In this document: positions 1 to 13,300 of the stretch, one piece after another
Position numbering within the stretch: the stretch's first letter is position 1
How the letters are laid out: every line of letters begins with the position of its first letter
NCBI GenBank assembly: GCA_016748015.1
Contig: JAAOMT010000577.1
Location: forward strand, 478,666-542,665
Origin: Geosiphon pyriformis uo1
Taxonomy: Eukaryota > Fungi > Glomeromycota
Length of the DNA stretch: 64,000 nt
Direction: 5' to 3'
The notes under the pieces: generated by a model
The model's database searches: none
Seen by the model: the letters and a program-made list of their open reading frames with translations, nothing else
Told to the model about the DNA's origin: nothing
Position numbers and translations under genes: made by a program

Positions 1-3000
1 ATAAAAAAATTAAGCTTAAACAACAGATTTAAATGTGATTATTTTATTAAAAAATAGTCTATTATTGATGATAAAAAGTCTTTCAAAATTAAAAATGTTT
101 TAAAATAATATAAAGTTAATAAATATTATTAACTACTTGTTAATAATCAAGAAAAAATATAAGAAATCCAAATATTATAAATCAAAAATAACCAAAAATA
201 TAGCTGTCAAAAAATAATTAAAAAACAAATAAAAAGTTTTAGTTTTAATAAAGAAAGCATAATAAGAAGTATTTTGAAATAGTCTTTTTAAAAAATAATT
301 CTGAACTATTTAGTAGTTAAAAAAAATTGGTTCTAAAATCAAATAAAATAAAACTTAGAATTAATAAAATTATAATAAGTTAAATAAAAAAGTAAAAAGT
401 ACTTGTAATACTGTTTAATTTGTACTTTTACCAGTATATACTATTAAGTTATATAAAAGAATATATTTTTTTTGGTATAATAAGTAAGATTTGAATAAAT
501 AAATTGGTTCTAATTATTAATAATCTGTCTAATAATAAAGTTATTAATTTGTTTAAAATATTAAATAAACTTTGAAAACATTATAATAACATAGTAATAA
601 AATGTTTTTTGAATCTATTAAATTTTTGTTTAACTTTTGGCAATATTTTAGTTTTTTGAAAAAGAGTATAAGTTTTAATGATTTTCAAGCTTTATAATTG
701 AAATAGTATTTTTACAAATATACAGCTTATTGTATTTATTGAGATAGCTAAAAAAATTTTTAACAAAATTTTTTTAAATTGTATTTTTTTGCTTATAGTA
801 AATATAATGTTTTTTAAAATTCCAATTTTTTGGTTTTGAAAGGTACTTTAACCCAATTTTCTGTATTTGCTATTGGTTTAATAATAAAAAATGCTTTGAA
901 AAAAAGCCAAGAGTTTTAATTAGTTCTGTAGAATATGTCCAAAACATATAATTTAGTTAATTAATATTATTTAAAAGCTAGTTTAAAGTATATTAAAATA
1001 TATAATAAGTTTATTAAGTTTTTTAAAAATATACACATAAACAAAATCAACAAAGTAATAATTAATTTTGGTTTTTTAGATAATCACAAAGTATAAGATA
1101 GTTTTAACTAAAGTAAAATATTTTCTTTGTTTTTTCGGAAAATTTTTATTATCTATTATTATGTAAAATAAAGAAACATAAATATTTAAGTAAATATAAA
1201 ATTAACACTAATTTTGTGACAAAAATGAGTAAAGTAGAAATCAATAGAAAAAAATTTTTTTTTTGTAATTGGTATTTTTATTGATAATACAATTTAGATA
1301 AAAAACAATTAGACTTTAACACAATATATTTTGGATATTATTAGTAAGTTTTTTAAGATTAATAATATTTTTATTAATAATAACAAGACAATAGTAATTT
1401 TTATTAATTAAAAAATTGTAAATACTTCTTTGTATATTAGTAATTAGTCTATTTTTATTGCCAAGTATAGTGAATTTTATAGGTACTTGGAATTTTTTGT
1501 CAACAGAAAATATATTTAAGTCAAGTTTTGTTAAGACATATTTAGATGTTAAGTTTTTTTTTAATTTTGGTTTTTAGAAAAATATTGTTAAATAAACAGT
1601 TTTTTATTTGGTCTTAGCAATTTTTTAACTTATAGTAAATTATTAAACATAATTCAATTTTATATTTAAAAATATATATTAGAAATGAAATATTATAATT
1701 AAAAAAAAGTTTAGATTTAAAACCAATTTGCTCAAAGATTTTTTTAATCAAACTTTATACTATTTATTTCTGTATAAATTAAAGTTTTTTAAACAGATAC
1801 AAACAGAAAACAAAGTAGTTTTAGTAGTTTAGTTCTTTAATACAACTGAAATTTTTGGCCAATTATTTAAATACTATTTTTTGGATTTGCAAGTTTTAGA
1901 ATAGATACTTATAAACTTACTACAGTACTTAATTAAGTTAAAGTTAGTCCTGTAAATAATTATTTGGTAAAAATTGAAAAATTTTTTTTAAATAATCAGA
2001 TTTTTTAATTAACAACTTATTTAGCATATTTTATGGTTTTTATTACTTTTTAATATCCAAAATTTTGGAATATTTTTATTATTTTAAGATAGTCTACTCT
2101 TTAAAATATTTTAATTTTGTTTTTAGAAACAAGTTATTAAATAAACACAAATTAGTTGTAAATTAAAAGACTTTTTATTATTAAAAAAAATTAAGTTTTA
2201 AAAACTTAATACTATTGTAACTTAAAAAAAACTTCAGTTTTTATAAATAATTTCTTACTAAACTTAATAAGATTATTCTTATTTTTGGTTGGTTAAATTT
2301 TTTGAATATTTGAAAATATTTGCATAGATTGTAAACAGATATTTTTAATATTTATACTAATAATTCTTTGAAATATTTAAGTACTGTAAAAGTAGTTAGT
2401 AAAATAATAATTTATTTTTTTGATAGTAAAATAAATATAGATATAAAAATACATGGACTGTTGTTTTTAATGATATTAAAATTACAGATGATTATCTTAG
2501 CATTAAAATGTATTCTTTTTTTTTGCTTAATAATTTTGCATATAAACAGTCAAACTATTATAAATATATATGTTTTAGAGTTTAAGTTTATCTGTTTGAT
2601 TTTTAAAACAAGTATTAAATAAAGAGATATTATATAACTAATTTAGTTAAATTGAAAAATATTTTTGTTAAATAGGTAAAAATTAAAAGTTATTTAAAGA
2701 ATACAAACAATAATTAAGCTGATATTTTTGTATATAATACTATACAGTTTTGTGTTATTTTTTTGCAGAAATTTGCAAGAGATTTATTGTGGCTAATAGT
2801 TAAATTATATTAAAAAATACTTATTACTTTGTTTATAATATTTATTAGACTATATACTGAATTAATATGATTGTAGTTTAATATTTAAACTTTTACATAT
2901 TTTTAAAGTTTATTAACAAAACTTTAGCTGTTTTTGGCATATATTTGATAAAAGCAGTCTATAAAAGATTATTAATTATAATTAAAAAAAAACTTTATAA

Positions 3001-3680
3001 TAAAAGTTATTTAAATGCTTTGTTCTTAATATGTAGTAATATTAAACTATTTAATTATGTTTTTATGTATTCAAGAAATATTTTTATTTGTTCTAAAATT
3101 CTGCTGAATCATATTAATTTGTAAAAGTTTTTAATAAGACCTTATTCTCTATTATTATTCTTGGTATTGTATATTTTTTCTTTGAAAATTTTGTGTAAAA
3201 ACTTTGTTTTTAAGAATTGAACTAATAAGGCAGTATTAATTTTTGGTAATAAAAAGAAAACTGTTTTAGTAGTAGTTGATTTTATTTATTATTTAGTCGA
3301 AAAGTATTGTAGTAAATTATAGTTGTTTAGATCAAAATTCAAAACAAATATAGAGAAAAATGATCTAATTGATAATATAAATATAATAACTGTTGGTTTT
3401 AAAATTTGTTTAATGTTTTGCTAATTAAAGTTGCTTATTTGCTTAATATTATTAAGTCTTTTACTGTAAGTTTTAAATTATATAGTTTGTTCATTTTTTT
3501 TTAAGTATTGTTAATAGTATATAGATTTATATAAGTACATAATATTGTTTTGATTGGTTCAAGTAGCTAATCACATATAGTAAACATGTGAATCATATTT
3601 AGTTAAATTTACTTGGTTTGTTTCTGTATATTAAATAGTGGTTAAATTGTACTTATTAAACATAAAAATAAAAAATTAAT
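1..3680 (+). mobile_element. Heavily decayed LINE relic (ORF2 from EN-RT linker to 3' UTR and A-rich tail)
   Basis: Collinear with LINE A ORF2 once G>A/C>T changes are allowed. 260-400 matches 40120-40260; 1271-1298 ggtatttttattgataatacaatttag is the RT AFIDDTIW motif; ~2351 is a VYTDGS remnant; 3541-3660 is a 3' UTR ending ttattaaa plus A-rich tail. Confidence 0.8.
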
Positions 3681-4241
3681 TAATTTTGTTATTTTGTTAT
3701 TTTACTATTTAAATAATATTATATACAAAAAAAAGTTTTTAAAGTTAACATAATTTATAAAATAAATTTGATTATACCAAAAATAACAAATTTAATAATA
3801 TTAAATAAAGAAAAAAATTGCAATTTTTTAATTATTTAAGTTTAATTAATAATATAAATTTTTTTTTACATTTTTAATTAGTAATATATATAATAAATTA
3901 GCCAGAATATATTTTATTTAAAATATAATATTGTTTTAACTAATTTAGATAACTGGTTACATACAAACAAAACATAATCAAATTTTGTTTTTTAAAAAAT
4001 TGTTAATATTAATATTTTAAACTTACAATATTATTACAAATTAAAATAAGCATTACATATTTTTTATACAAAAAATAATGTATTATTTAAAAAATCTGAA
4101 ATAAAAAATACAGTCATTAACAGCTAAAAAAATAAAAGACTTTTTTAATTCCAAAAATATAAAAAAACAAAAAATTAAGACAAATAATAAAACTTGTATA
4201 ACATAATTGTACATCAGTACATTTAATATGTGTTTAAAAAT

Positions 4242-6162
4242 CTAAGCTTGTATTATAGATAATTGCTCCTCTGGCAAATTAAACCATTCATCTTTTAGAG
4301 CATCATTTGCAGTCGGTCGACTATTAGAATTTTTGTTCATCAATTTTTCCCTAAACTGTTGAGCGGATGAAGAAAGTGAAATATGGTTGTAAATTCTAGT
4401 ATGTTTGAAAAGATTTCCAACCATCCATATATCGCCTGCAGTGCTACAAAAGTCTTCCCCCGATTTATATTCTGGAGCTCCAATAGCCAATGAATCTCTT
4501 TGTAAAGTAAATAGCAACAATTAGCAAACATGTCTAACCGTAAGTCGAAATTCTTTTATCACTGTACCTTGAAGCTCCTAAGGGAGCAGCTTCTTCAAAG
4601 TCAATTAACATCCAACTATCATTCGGGAGTCTTAAAACATTATCCCAGCGAATATCCCGATGGACGACGTTCATCTTATGAAGTTTTTCTAGCGTTACAA
4701 GTACATGCCGTATAGCATCTCGCAGCTCGCGTTCACATTTAGGAAATATCGTAAAGCCAACCGGAGCCAAATGTACTATCACTGAGTCACTTGTACGGGA
4801 ATACTTAAGAACCTTGATTGGTCCTAAGCCTGGAAGCGTATTTTGGTAAAAATTTTTATGGAAACCTAGATCAATAATGCTTGGTTTGTCTATTTTTTTA
4901 ATGATCTTGTCGGGGAATATTGTAACAACACAATGTGACCGTTGGATATCATCGTATAGCCTCAATATTGGAGCTGTGATGTACTGATCTCGACACAAAG
5001 TCCGAAGAATCCGAAAAAAATTGATTGTGTACTGAAGCACTTGATAATTGTATACTCGGATTAGACCGTCAAGGATCAGAGATTCGCCAATTGTCTCACG
5101 TCTTGGTGTCAAGCCCGTTGTATCATCCACGTAGTAATAGTAAAATTGCAAATGTGTACCTCCCACTGCAAGGGCTAGAACAAATGGTAAGTTACCAAAG
5201 GCAAGTGGATTCCAAAATTGAAAATAATCATTCAGTTGTTCTGCTGCGTTTAATATGTTTTCCTTAATATCTTTTTCTTCACCAATCATTACAAGCAAGT
5301 CGTTGCAATAAACTGTGATATCTGGCCGAACGCTCTTATCTGTGATGGTACTCGTATCATTTATTTTTCCATTACGTTTCCAGCGTAGTGATGGAGTTGC
5401 GAAACATTGGCCTAAAAGTGTAATCATGTCCAAAATGTGATTATTGATACCATCTGCGGTTCGTTGTTCTTGCCGAGGACTTTCGGTAAAGGACTTGCTG
5501 AAAATGGTAGTGACGATTGCTAACAATCTAGGAACATTGTAGAGAGGATCTGAATCTATAGGTACAAGATAATTCCCATAGTCCCGGCAAAGATGGGATA
5601 TAGCTGGCAATTTTTGAAGTAACGCTGAGGTAAAACAGTGTTCAAGATTGCTGCGTGTGATTGGTTCATCGAAGGGAGGACAGAGAAGTTGTAGAAATGA
5701 TAAGGTGTTGTCAGGCATGTCAAGTCTAGCACGCTTCGCAAGGTGTTCTAGAATAACCATAGAAAATAGAAAGTAATAAGCGTTATACACCAAATATTCT
5801 CTTAGATATGGATATTCCTTCCATAAAACGCATATGATTACAAAATGAATGAATAGTAATATAGATTGTATGGATGGAAAAGTGGAATTTACAAATTTGT
5901 TACCTGTATCATCTATTGCTGCACGTAGTTTTTCTGCCCATTTTCGCAACTCCTCCTTCCACTCGTTCTTTTCTACCTTTAAATCATTTGCTTCTTCTTC
6001 CAACTCTTCCTTTTCTTCTGTCCACTTCTTCCTTTGGTTTTCGTCTACATCCTCCTTCTCTCTCAGATTCTTCTTCAACTCTTCTAATCTATATAGCTTC
6101 TCCACGCATCTCCCATACTGGGTCTTAGCATATTCTAATTCACGTTTAATATCTTCAGACAT
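4242..6162 (-). CDS. Spliced gene: N-terminal coiled coil, PD-(D/E)xK (REase-like) domain and Ser/Thr kinase domain; Crinkler-type toxin/effector module. Predicted exons 6162-5904, 5747-4568, 4497-4242 (~564 aa)
   Basis: Kinase motifs HRDIRWDNVL, LIDFE, APE and DIWMVG; REase-like RPD...IGEEK. GT-AG intron 4567-4498 (70 nt, gctaat branch site) joins ORFs 4534-6162 and 4242-4520 in frame (GAS-R-DSLAIGAPE). A probable GT-AG intron at 5903-5748 (156 nt) removes a hydrophobic intron-like stretch. Confidence 0.85.
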
Positions 6163-7562
6163 GGTGTTTTGTGTGTTTGTTATGGTTTGGGAAGATATGG
6201 CCTAATATATGTTTTGTTCATGTCAATGACATTTCAGATCTTTGTATAAATTTACTATTTAGGTAATAAACCCGCCTTTGTTAAATTTCAAGAGTTTTTA
6301 CTCTATAATATAATTGTTTTTTTAATAATTATTGTATTATGCAATATTCATTAAATTATTATTTTTTATTAAATTAAGATTATTATTGTTTTATATATTT
6401 TAATATTGAATAAAATTCGTTTTATTATTTTAAAATAAAAATAATTGTAAGTTTTAAAATTAGAAAAAATTAAACCAGTATTAAATATATTTTTATTATT
6501 ATTTTGCATATATATATGTAACTTTATATTAAATTTAAACTTATTAAATAAGTTTATATATTTAATTTATAAATAAAACAAATTTAATAATGTTATTTTT
6601 AATTAAATACAATTTAATTAAAACTTAAAATATGTAATAAAAATATTACTTACACATTTTTTATATATAACTAATAATTCAAACTTATATTAAGCAATAT
6701 AAATTAAAAAAACTATTTGTTTTTATTTTATTTAAGTATTTAATATTTTTTATTTAAATGCTTATTTAATTTTTTATTTTAAACATATTTATATTTAAGT
6801 TTAATAACTTTTATATTAATACTTTATATTTTTTACAAAATTATTAATTTATTATTTTTATTATTTAAAAGATATATATTATAGTTTTGTGAATTTTCAA
6901 ACAACAAAATAATAATAATACTACTTTTAATTTAAAAAAATTTTGGTATTTATTTTTAATAATCAATAAAAAAATAATTTAAATTTTTAAAAAACTAATA
7001 AATTTAACTATAAATTTATTAAACAAGTCAATTTTTGTAAGTAAAATTTTAAAAACTTTATTATTAATTCTAAAAATAAGTAAATAAAACATAAAATAAT
7101 AATAACAATATTATTTTATTACTAATAATAAACAATTTATTATTTTTTTAAATTCTTTAGAAAATTAAACAATTATAATTTTAAAATTAATTATTTATAT
7201 TAATTTTTACAAATTTAATTTACTGTTTTAAATAAATTTTTTTATTAGTTTGATTTTTTTTAATAATCTTTTTTTTGTTATCTATTTACTCAAATTTATA
7301 ATAAAAAAGTAGTTTTTTTAAAAATTTTTTTTTATTATATAAATAATTATTTATATTTAATACAATAATCAAAAAAATATTGTTTAAAACACAACAAAAA
7401 TAATTTAAATTTTATTAAACTTAATTTTTTGTTTTTCTGTTTAATTTGTATTTTATTAAAAATTAATATAATAAATAATTTTAAAATTTTTAAAACTTGT
7501 TTTTAAATAAATATTTAATTAAAATTTATATTGTTTATAATATTTTTTTTAATTAAATTTAT

Positions 7563-8546
7563 TAACTTTTTTCTTTTATTTATTCTAATAATCATTAAAA
7601 AATCTTAATTTTAATAAACAAGTTTTTAGTTGTTATTATATACCATTTAATTTAATAAATCAAAACTATTTTTATTTAATTACAAAACTATTATTGGTTT
7701 TAATATTGCTATTATAAAGAAATTTACCAGAAACTTTGGTTTTAATATTGTTAATAAGAATGTTTTTTCTAAGAAAAAGAGAAAATATAATGTTTTGGAA
7801 AATAATATTGTTAAAAAAGAGTTGTTTGTCAAGAAAATAATTGATTGTTTTTAGGATTTTAAGACTAATAATACTATTAAATTCAATAATATTAATAAAA
7901 AAAAGAATTTTTAGTGGAAAAAACCAGTATAAATTACAATAAAAAAAAATATTTTGTTTAAAAAAATCTAAACCAGACATCTAAAGAACTTAGATTGATA
8001 ACTAAAAAGACATTAAATATATCTTTAAAAAAGATTAAGTTTATAAGTAAAGATGCTATAATAAAAAAATCTTCTTAAAAAAAGTTAAAAATAATCAAAA
8101 ATTTGTTTTCTAAAATCAATAATTTTAAAGAAATTTCTACTTTTTCAAAATTTGTTAAGATTATTTATATATCATTTACTTCTAAATTAAACTTAACATG
8201 AACAATAAAAAAGACAAAAACTATAAATATCTTAGTAAATAACAATCTTAGAAAATTTGTTAGATGTTCAGATTAAATTGTAATAGTTAAAAAATACCAA
8301 TTAGAACATTAACTAAAACTATGTATACTGTACTATCTGAATTTGAGATAATTGTATTAATTAAAATACAATTAATAAAAATATAATGGAAGATTATAAT
8401 TGAATTTAAACAATCTAATTATGTTAATTTAATTATAACAAAATAGTTTATTCTAATTAGAAAAGATTTTATAAGAATTGCTAAAGCTAATATTAACAAA
8501 AAAACATAAAATACAAAAAACTATAATAAAATACTGCTTTATATAT
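7563..8546 (+). mobile_element. Decayed LINE 5' end and ORF1 relic (LINE B-like), cut by Gypsy-1 insertion
   Basis: 7660-7800 aligns with 44740-44890, and 8060-8546 aligns with 45250-45740 (SQEKL...FGGAST...EIPIGT...LLYT). Homology stops exactly at the LTR TG at 8547. Confidence 0.75.
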
Positions 8547-9627
8547 TGTTATTATGGATAAACTTAATAGTATATAATAATAATGTTTGGTGCTTAAAAT
8601 TTGGATTTCTAAGAGCTTTTAATAGTTTTCTTTTAATAAGCTTATTTGAAGTGTTAATGTTATTAGTCTTTGAAAATTTTTCTAATTAATATAAATTTAC
8701 CTGTGAAATTCTTTAATTATAAGGCACAAAGAGATGGTTTCATGATATTGCAACTTTTTGTATATGAGCTATTTTCTCCAAACTAATTGAGTACAGTCAC
8801 TAAGATCTGGTAGTATTTTTTTGCTCTTTTAATAAGCTAACAAGATAATATTAATATCCAATCTTAGAAAAAGCTTCTCTTTTTTACCAGACTATTACAA
8901 AGTTTATTCTCAAATAGTCAATTTTCTTATATTATCACTCTATAAGAGAAAATAAAAGAAAAAAAAATCAAAAAAAATCAAAAAAAGATAAAAAAAAAGA
9001 TAAAAAAATAAATTAATATTGTCAATCACCATAATCAAAAATAATTGATCCAAGTTGTAATAGTTTAATACTGTTTTATGCTAAAAGCATCTGGCCAGGA
9101 ATAAAAGTAAGAACAAGATTAATTTAGCTATAATATATAAAATATAAGAATTATACAAATGGGAATTTTAAGTTTTGTTAATATTTTTTTTTATTTCTAT
9201 GATATAAAATATAAAATATAACAAGAGATATATAACAAATATAGGTAGAAAAAAGTTGATTTTTGTCTATCTGTCTGTTTTTTTATCTTTTACAACTACT
9301 TTTTTTTATATATTTTTTTTAATTCTATAAGACTGTTTTTAATTGTTTTATTATTGCTAATTATTGTTTACTATTTCTGTTTTTGCTTTGTTTTTCTACA
9401 TTATTACTAGTTATTTTCATTATTTGTTTACTATTTTTGTTATTGCTTTATTTCTTTATGTTATTACTAGTTATTCTTATTATTTTGTGTTATATTACAT
9501 TATTGTATCTTGTATTGTGTTATTTTAAGTTATTATATTATTCTGTGTTCTTTTGTATTATTCTGTGTTATTATATTTTTGATCATATTTCTTTATAACT
9601 TAAATTGGTTTTTTTATTTAGGTAATA
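8547..9627 (-). repeat. 3' LTR of Gypsy-1 (~1080 bp) with ~60-bp U3 repeats
   Basis: On the minus strand it begins TATTACC (decayed TGTTACC) directly after a purine tract (9628-9642) and ends ...ATAACA. Repeats at ~9340-9590. Confidence 0.7.
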
Positions 9628-9640
9628 TTTTTTCTTTCTT

Positions 9641-10380
9641 TTAAAATTAAGCTTTTGTAAAATTGTATATATCTGTAATAGTTGTATTTTTTATGTAGTA
9701 TTAGATTATTGCATTAAATATTGTTTTTTGTAAGTTTTTAAACTGTGTATTTGTTATTCATTCTATATTGTTGACTGTAATAGTTTCTAGAAAGCTGTCT
9801 AATAATACAGTTGAATAGTATTTAAATATTGTATATAATTGGTATGCTGCTTTATAATGTAGTATTAAGTTGTTTCTTCTTATAAATATTTCTACTTGTT
9901 TGAAAGCTTTTTTGTTAATTGTTTATTAGTTAAGGTTTTTGTATAGTGTTCTCAATTTTATTTGTTTACCAATCTTATAGAATTAGTAGACTAGTAAAAG
10001 TTTTTTTTTCTATACTCTGGAGTTTTTAGGTATTTATTTTTCTGTTACTGGTTTCAATACTGGTCTGCTAAAAGCTTTTTTAATTTATTTGAGCTTTGTC
10101 CAACATATATTTCTTTTTTTTTTGTGTGTTTTAATTATTCATAGAAATAGAAATATTCAGTTTTAGTTGAGTTTTTGTTCACTCTTTTCCTACTTTTGTC
10201 TCTGTATTGTATCTCTTTTTTATTAATTATAATTTCTATTTGGGTTGTGAATTGTTGATTTGCTTCAAATAGTTGTTTTGAGAGTTTTAAAATTTGATTT
10301 AAGAGATTTATGTTAAAAGTTTTGTTGTTTTTTTTACTGTTTTGGCTGTTATATATACTTAAATTTTTTAATTAAATAAT
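9641..10380 (-). pseudogene. Extra ORF (ORF3) between integrase and PPT of Gypsy-1, decayed
   Basis: Translation KLSKQLFEANQQFTTQIEIIIN ... YKLYTIFKYYS..LETITVNNIE.ITNTQFKNL resembles the equivalent region of Gypsy-2; its stop abuts the PPT. Confidence 0.6.
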
Positions 10381-13300
10381 CATATATCAATTATGTTTTG
10401 ATAATAATAATTGGTTTCAGATCTCATAATATATTATCTGAATTGATTAATGGAATTTGTGTTCTTAGTTAAGATATAAATGACAATATCTCTTGTTTTA
10501 TATAATAAATTTTTAACTGATTTCTATGCATTACTTTTTTTAAAATTTCGTTTTCCAATCTTAATTTGTAAGTTTTATTGCCTAAAACTTTGTGTGTATG
10601 AAATAGACCATCCCATTTTGGGTCAAATTTTTCATTTCACTGTTTCTTAGTTTTTATACAATGTAACAGTACTTGGTCTTCAATCTTAAATTCAATTAGT
10701 TGGTCCGATAGGTGATTATTATGTTTTTTTTTGGTTGTTTTTGTGCTTTGCTAATATTGTTAGCTGCTGTTCTACAATTGTTTTCCAATGTTTCTATAAG
10801 ATAGTATGTTTTTTGGTGTAAAGTGGTTTCAAAATTCTCCTTAGTAATTGTTTCTGTTAAGAAAGAAGATATTTTTTGTTTAATAGGTAAGATAGCTTTT
10901 CTTTTGTAAATTAGTTTAAATAGTATGAACTGGATAGTATTTTGCTTTAATGTTTGGTATGCAAATAATATAGAAGGTATAAATAAGTCTTATTTTTGTG
11001 TATTTTTGTAACTTATTTTTGCTAATGCTTTATATAGTGTTTGGTTAAATCATTTTACTAATCTATTTGTTTATAGGTGATATGATGACAATAAGAGTTG
11101 TTTTATTCCAAACTATTGGCTTAGTTTGGTTAACATACTATTGATAAAATACATTTCTTGGTCGGATAACAATTTTTTTGAACATTTATAGTGGCAAATT
11201 AAATCTTGGTATACAAACTTGGCTATTGTTTTAGCATCAGCTATTTGGATTGCTCTGGCTTTTGGCCATTTGGTAAGGTAGTTTACAGTTACAACTATAT
11301 AACAATTTCTTTTGAATGTAATTAAAAGAAGACCAACCAAATCAATTTTTATTCTATTAAATAGATTTTCAACTGAAATGGGTCAAAGTGGTTCCATTGT
11401 TCTGGTTCCTTCTCTTTGTTGGCATAAGTCACAATTGAGAATATATTCAAAAATGTCTTTATATATTATTGGCCAATAGTATAAATTTGTGGTTTTCTTT
11501 AGAGTAGTGTCTTTATTAAAATGTTCTGCAGTTGGATCAAAGTACATGCTGTGTAAAACAGTTTTATTTTCATTGTATTTTATAACTTGTTGTAAAGTAA
11601 TATGATTTTAACATTCTCAACAGTATAGTTGGTTGTTTTGAATAAAGTAATTATGAGTTTGTTTTTATATACTACTTTGTTTCTGTTGAAATATAGCTTC
11701 TTGAACTGAAGATTTGATAAATATTGGTGTAATTGTTAATAGGTGGTTGTATCTATAGATTCAAAATTAAATTTGTATTATTCTTAACAAACTGTTAGCA
11801 TTGGTATTTTTGGATTCTTTCTTATAATGAATTTTGTATGAGAATTGTTACAAATAAATACTTTATTGTGCATATCTTTTTTCCAGTTATGGTTTACTGA
11901 GTAACCAAATAAATTTCTTATAATTAGTATATAGGTCAAATAATTGGTAAAGAGAGTGTTTCCAATTTTGTACTGCCTAATAAATAGTAAAACATTCCAA
12001 ATTTGTTGTGCTGTATATTTTTTCTGTTAGGCTGGTGCTGCAACTAGCATAAGCAATTGGATGCTTTCTGTTGTCTGGCTCTATTTGGAATAGGACTACT
12101 TCTAATGAATTTTTCAAGACATTTGTTGTAACAATAAACTGCTTATTAAAGTCGAAATAAATTAGTATTGGTGCTGTAATAAAACATTGTTTAAAGTAGT
12201 CAAATGCCTCTTGCTGATTTTTTTCCATATATACAGCATGTATTTTAACAATAGGTAATGAAGTGGTTTCACGATATTAAAAAATTTTTTAACAAATCTG
12301 TAATAGTATTTAGCCAGTTCTAAGAATTTTCTTAGTTTTATAGATTAGTTGGAACTAAAAACTTTCTAACTTTTTGTATTTTGTTCAGATTGGGCTTGAC
12401 TCTATTTTTGCTGATTATATGTCCTAGAAATTTCAGCTCAGTTTTTCCGAAAAAACATTTATTAGGGATGAATTTTAGTTTAGTTCTCTAAAAATGTTCA
12501 AAAACTTGTTAAAGATAAAGCAAGTAATTATCAAATGTTTCCAAGAACACATTGGTGTTATTCAAATAGACTACTACTAATTTCCAAAGAATTTCTTTGT
12601 ATACTACATCCATAAGATATTGGAAGGTAGCAGAAGTATTACACAGTCCAAAGAGTATTACATTGAATTTAAAGTTTCTATTTTGCATAGTAAAGACCAT
12701 TTTTTTTTTGTCTTTGGGATCTATTTCTATTTGCCAATATTTACTGGCTAGGTCTAATGATAAGAACCATTTTTTGTTGCCTAAATTGTCCAATATTTCT
12801 TGTATAAGGGGAATAAAGTAATTATTGTTATGAGTGATGCTATTTAGTTTTTGGTAATCTACACAAAACTGTATTTTTTTATTTTTCTTGGTAATTAATA
12901 CCACTGAAAAAAACCAAAAGCTTAATTATTCTTTAATTAGTCCATAATCTAACATTTATTGTACTTCTTTTTTAATCAAATTATTATCTATTAGGATTAC
13001 TTAATATGTCTATTGTTTAATAGAGTGGGCATCTTCTGTATTAATCTAATGTTTTACAATGTCTGTATGTCTGAACTTATTTTTGTTGGCAAAAATATCA
13101 GTTTATTAATTTAACAGAACCTTAAGTTGCATTTGTTGCAAAATGTTTAAGTTTTCCAAATTCAATTTATTAATTTTTTCTGGTGTAAACAAGTAATTTT
13201 CTTTTGGCAAATTCTATACTTGTAAGGTAATGTTGCAAAATAAAAACAATTGCATAAAATCCAGAATAAGCTGGAGTTCTTTAAAATTTTGAATATCTGG

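Noticed and set aside
6300-7560. AT desert as organellar DNA, centromere or specific relic
   Set aside because: No rRNA, tRNA or gene signal; probably a terminally decayed TE, but I could not assign it.
2368-9598. Short I/K/N/F/L-rich ORFs (2368-2622, 7672-7980, 9383-9598; likewise 35497-35709 and 59081-59299)
   Set aside because: Composition reflects AT-rich TE relics or LTR repeats; no independent gene signal.
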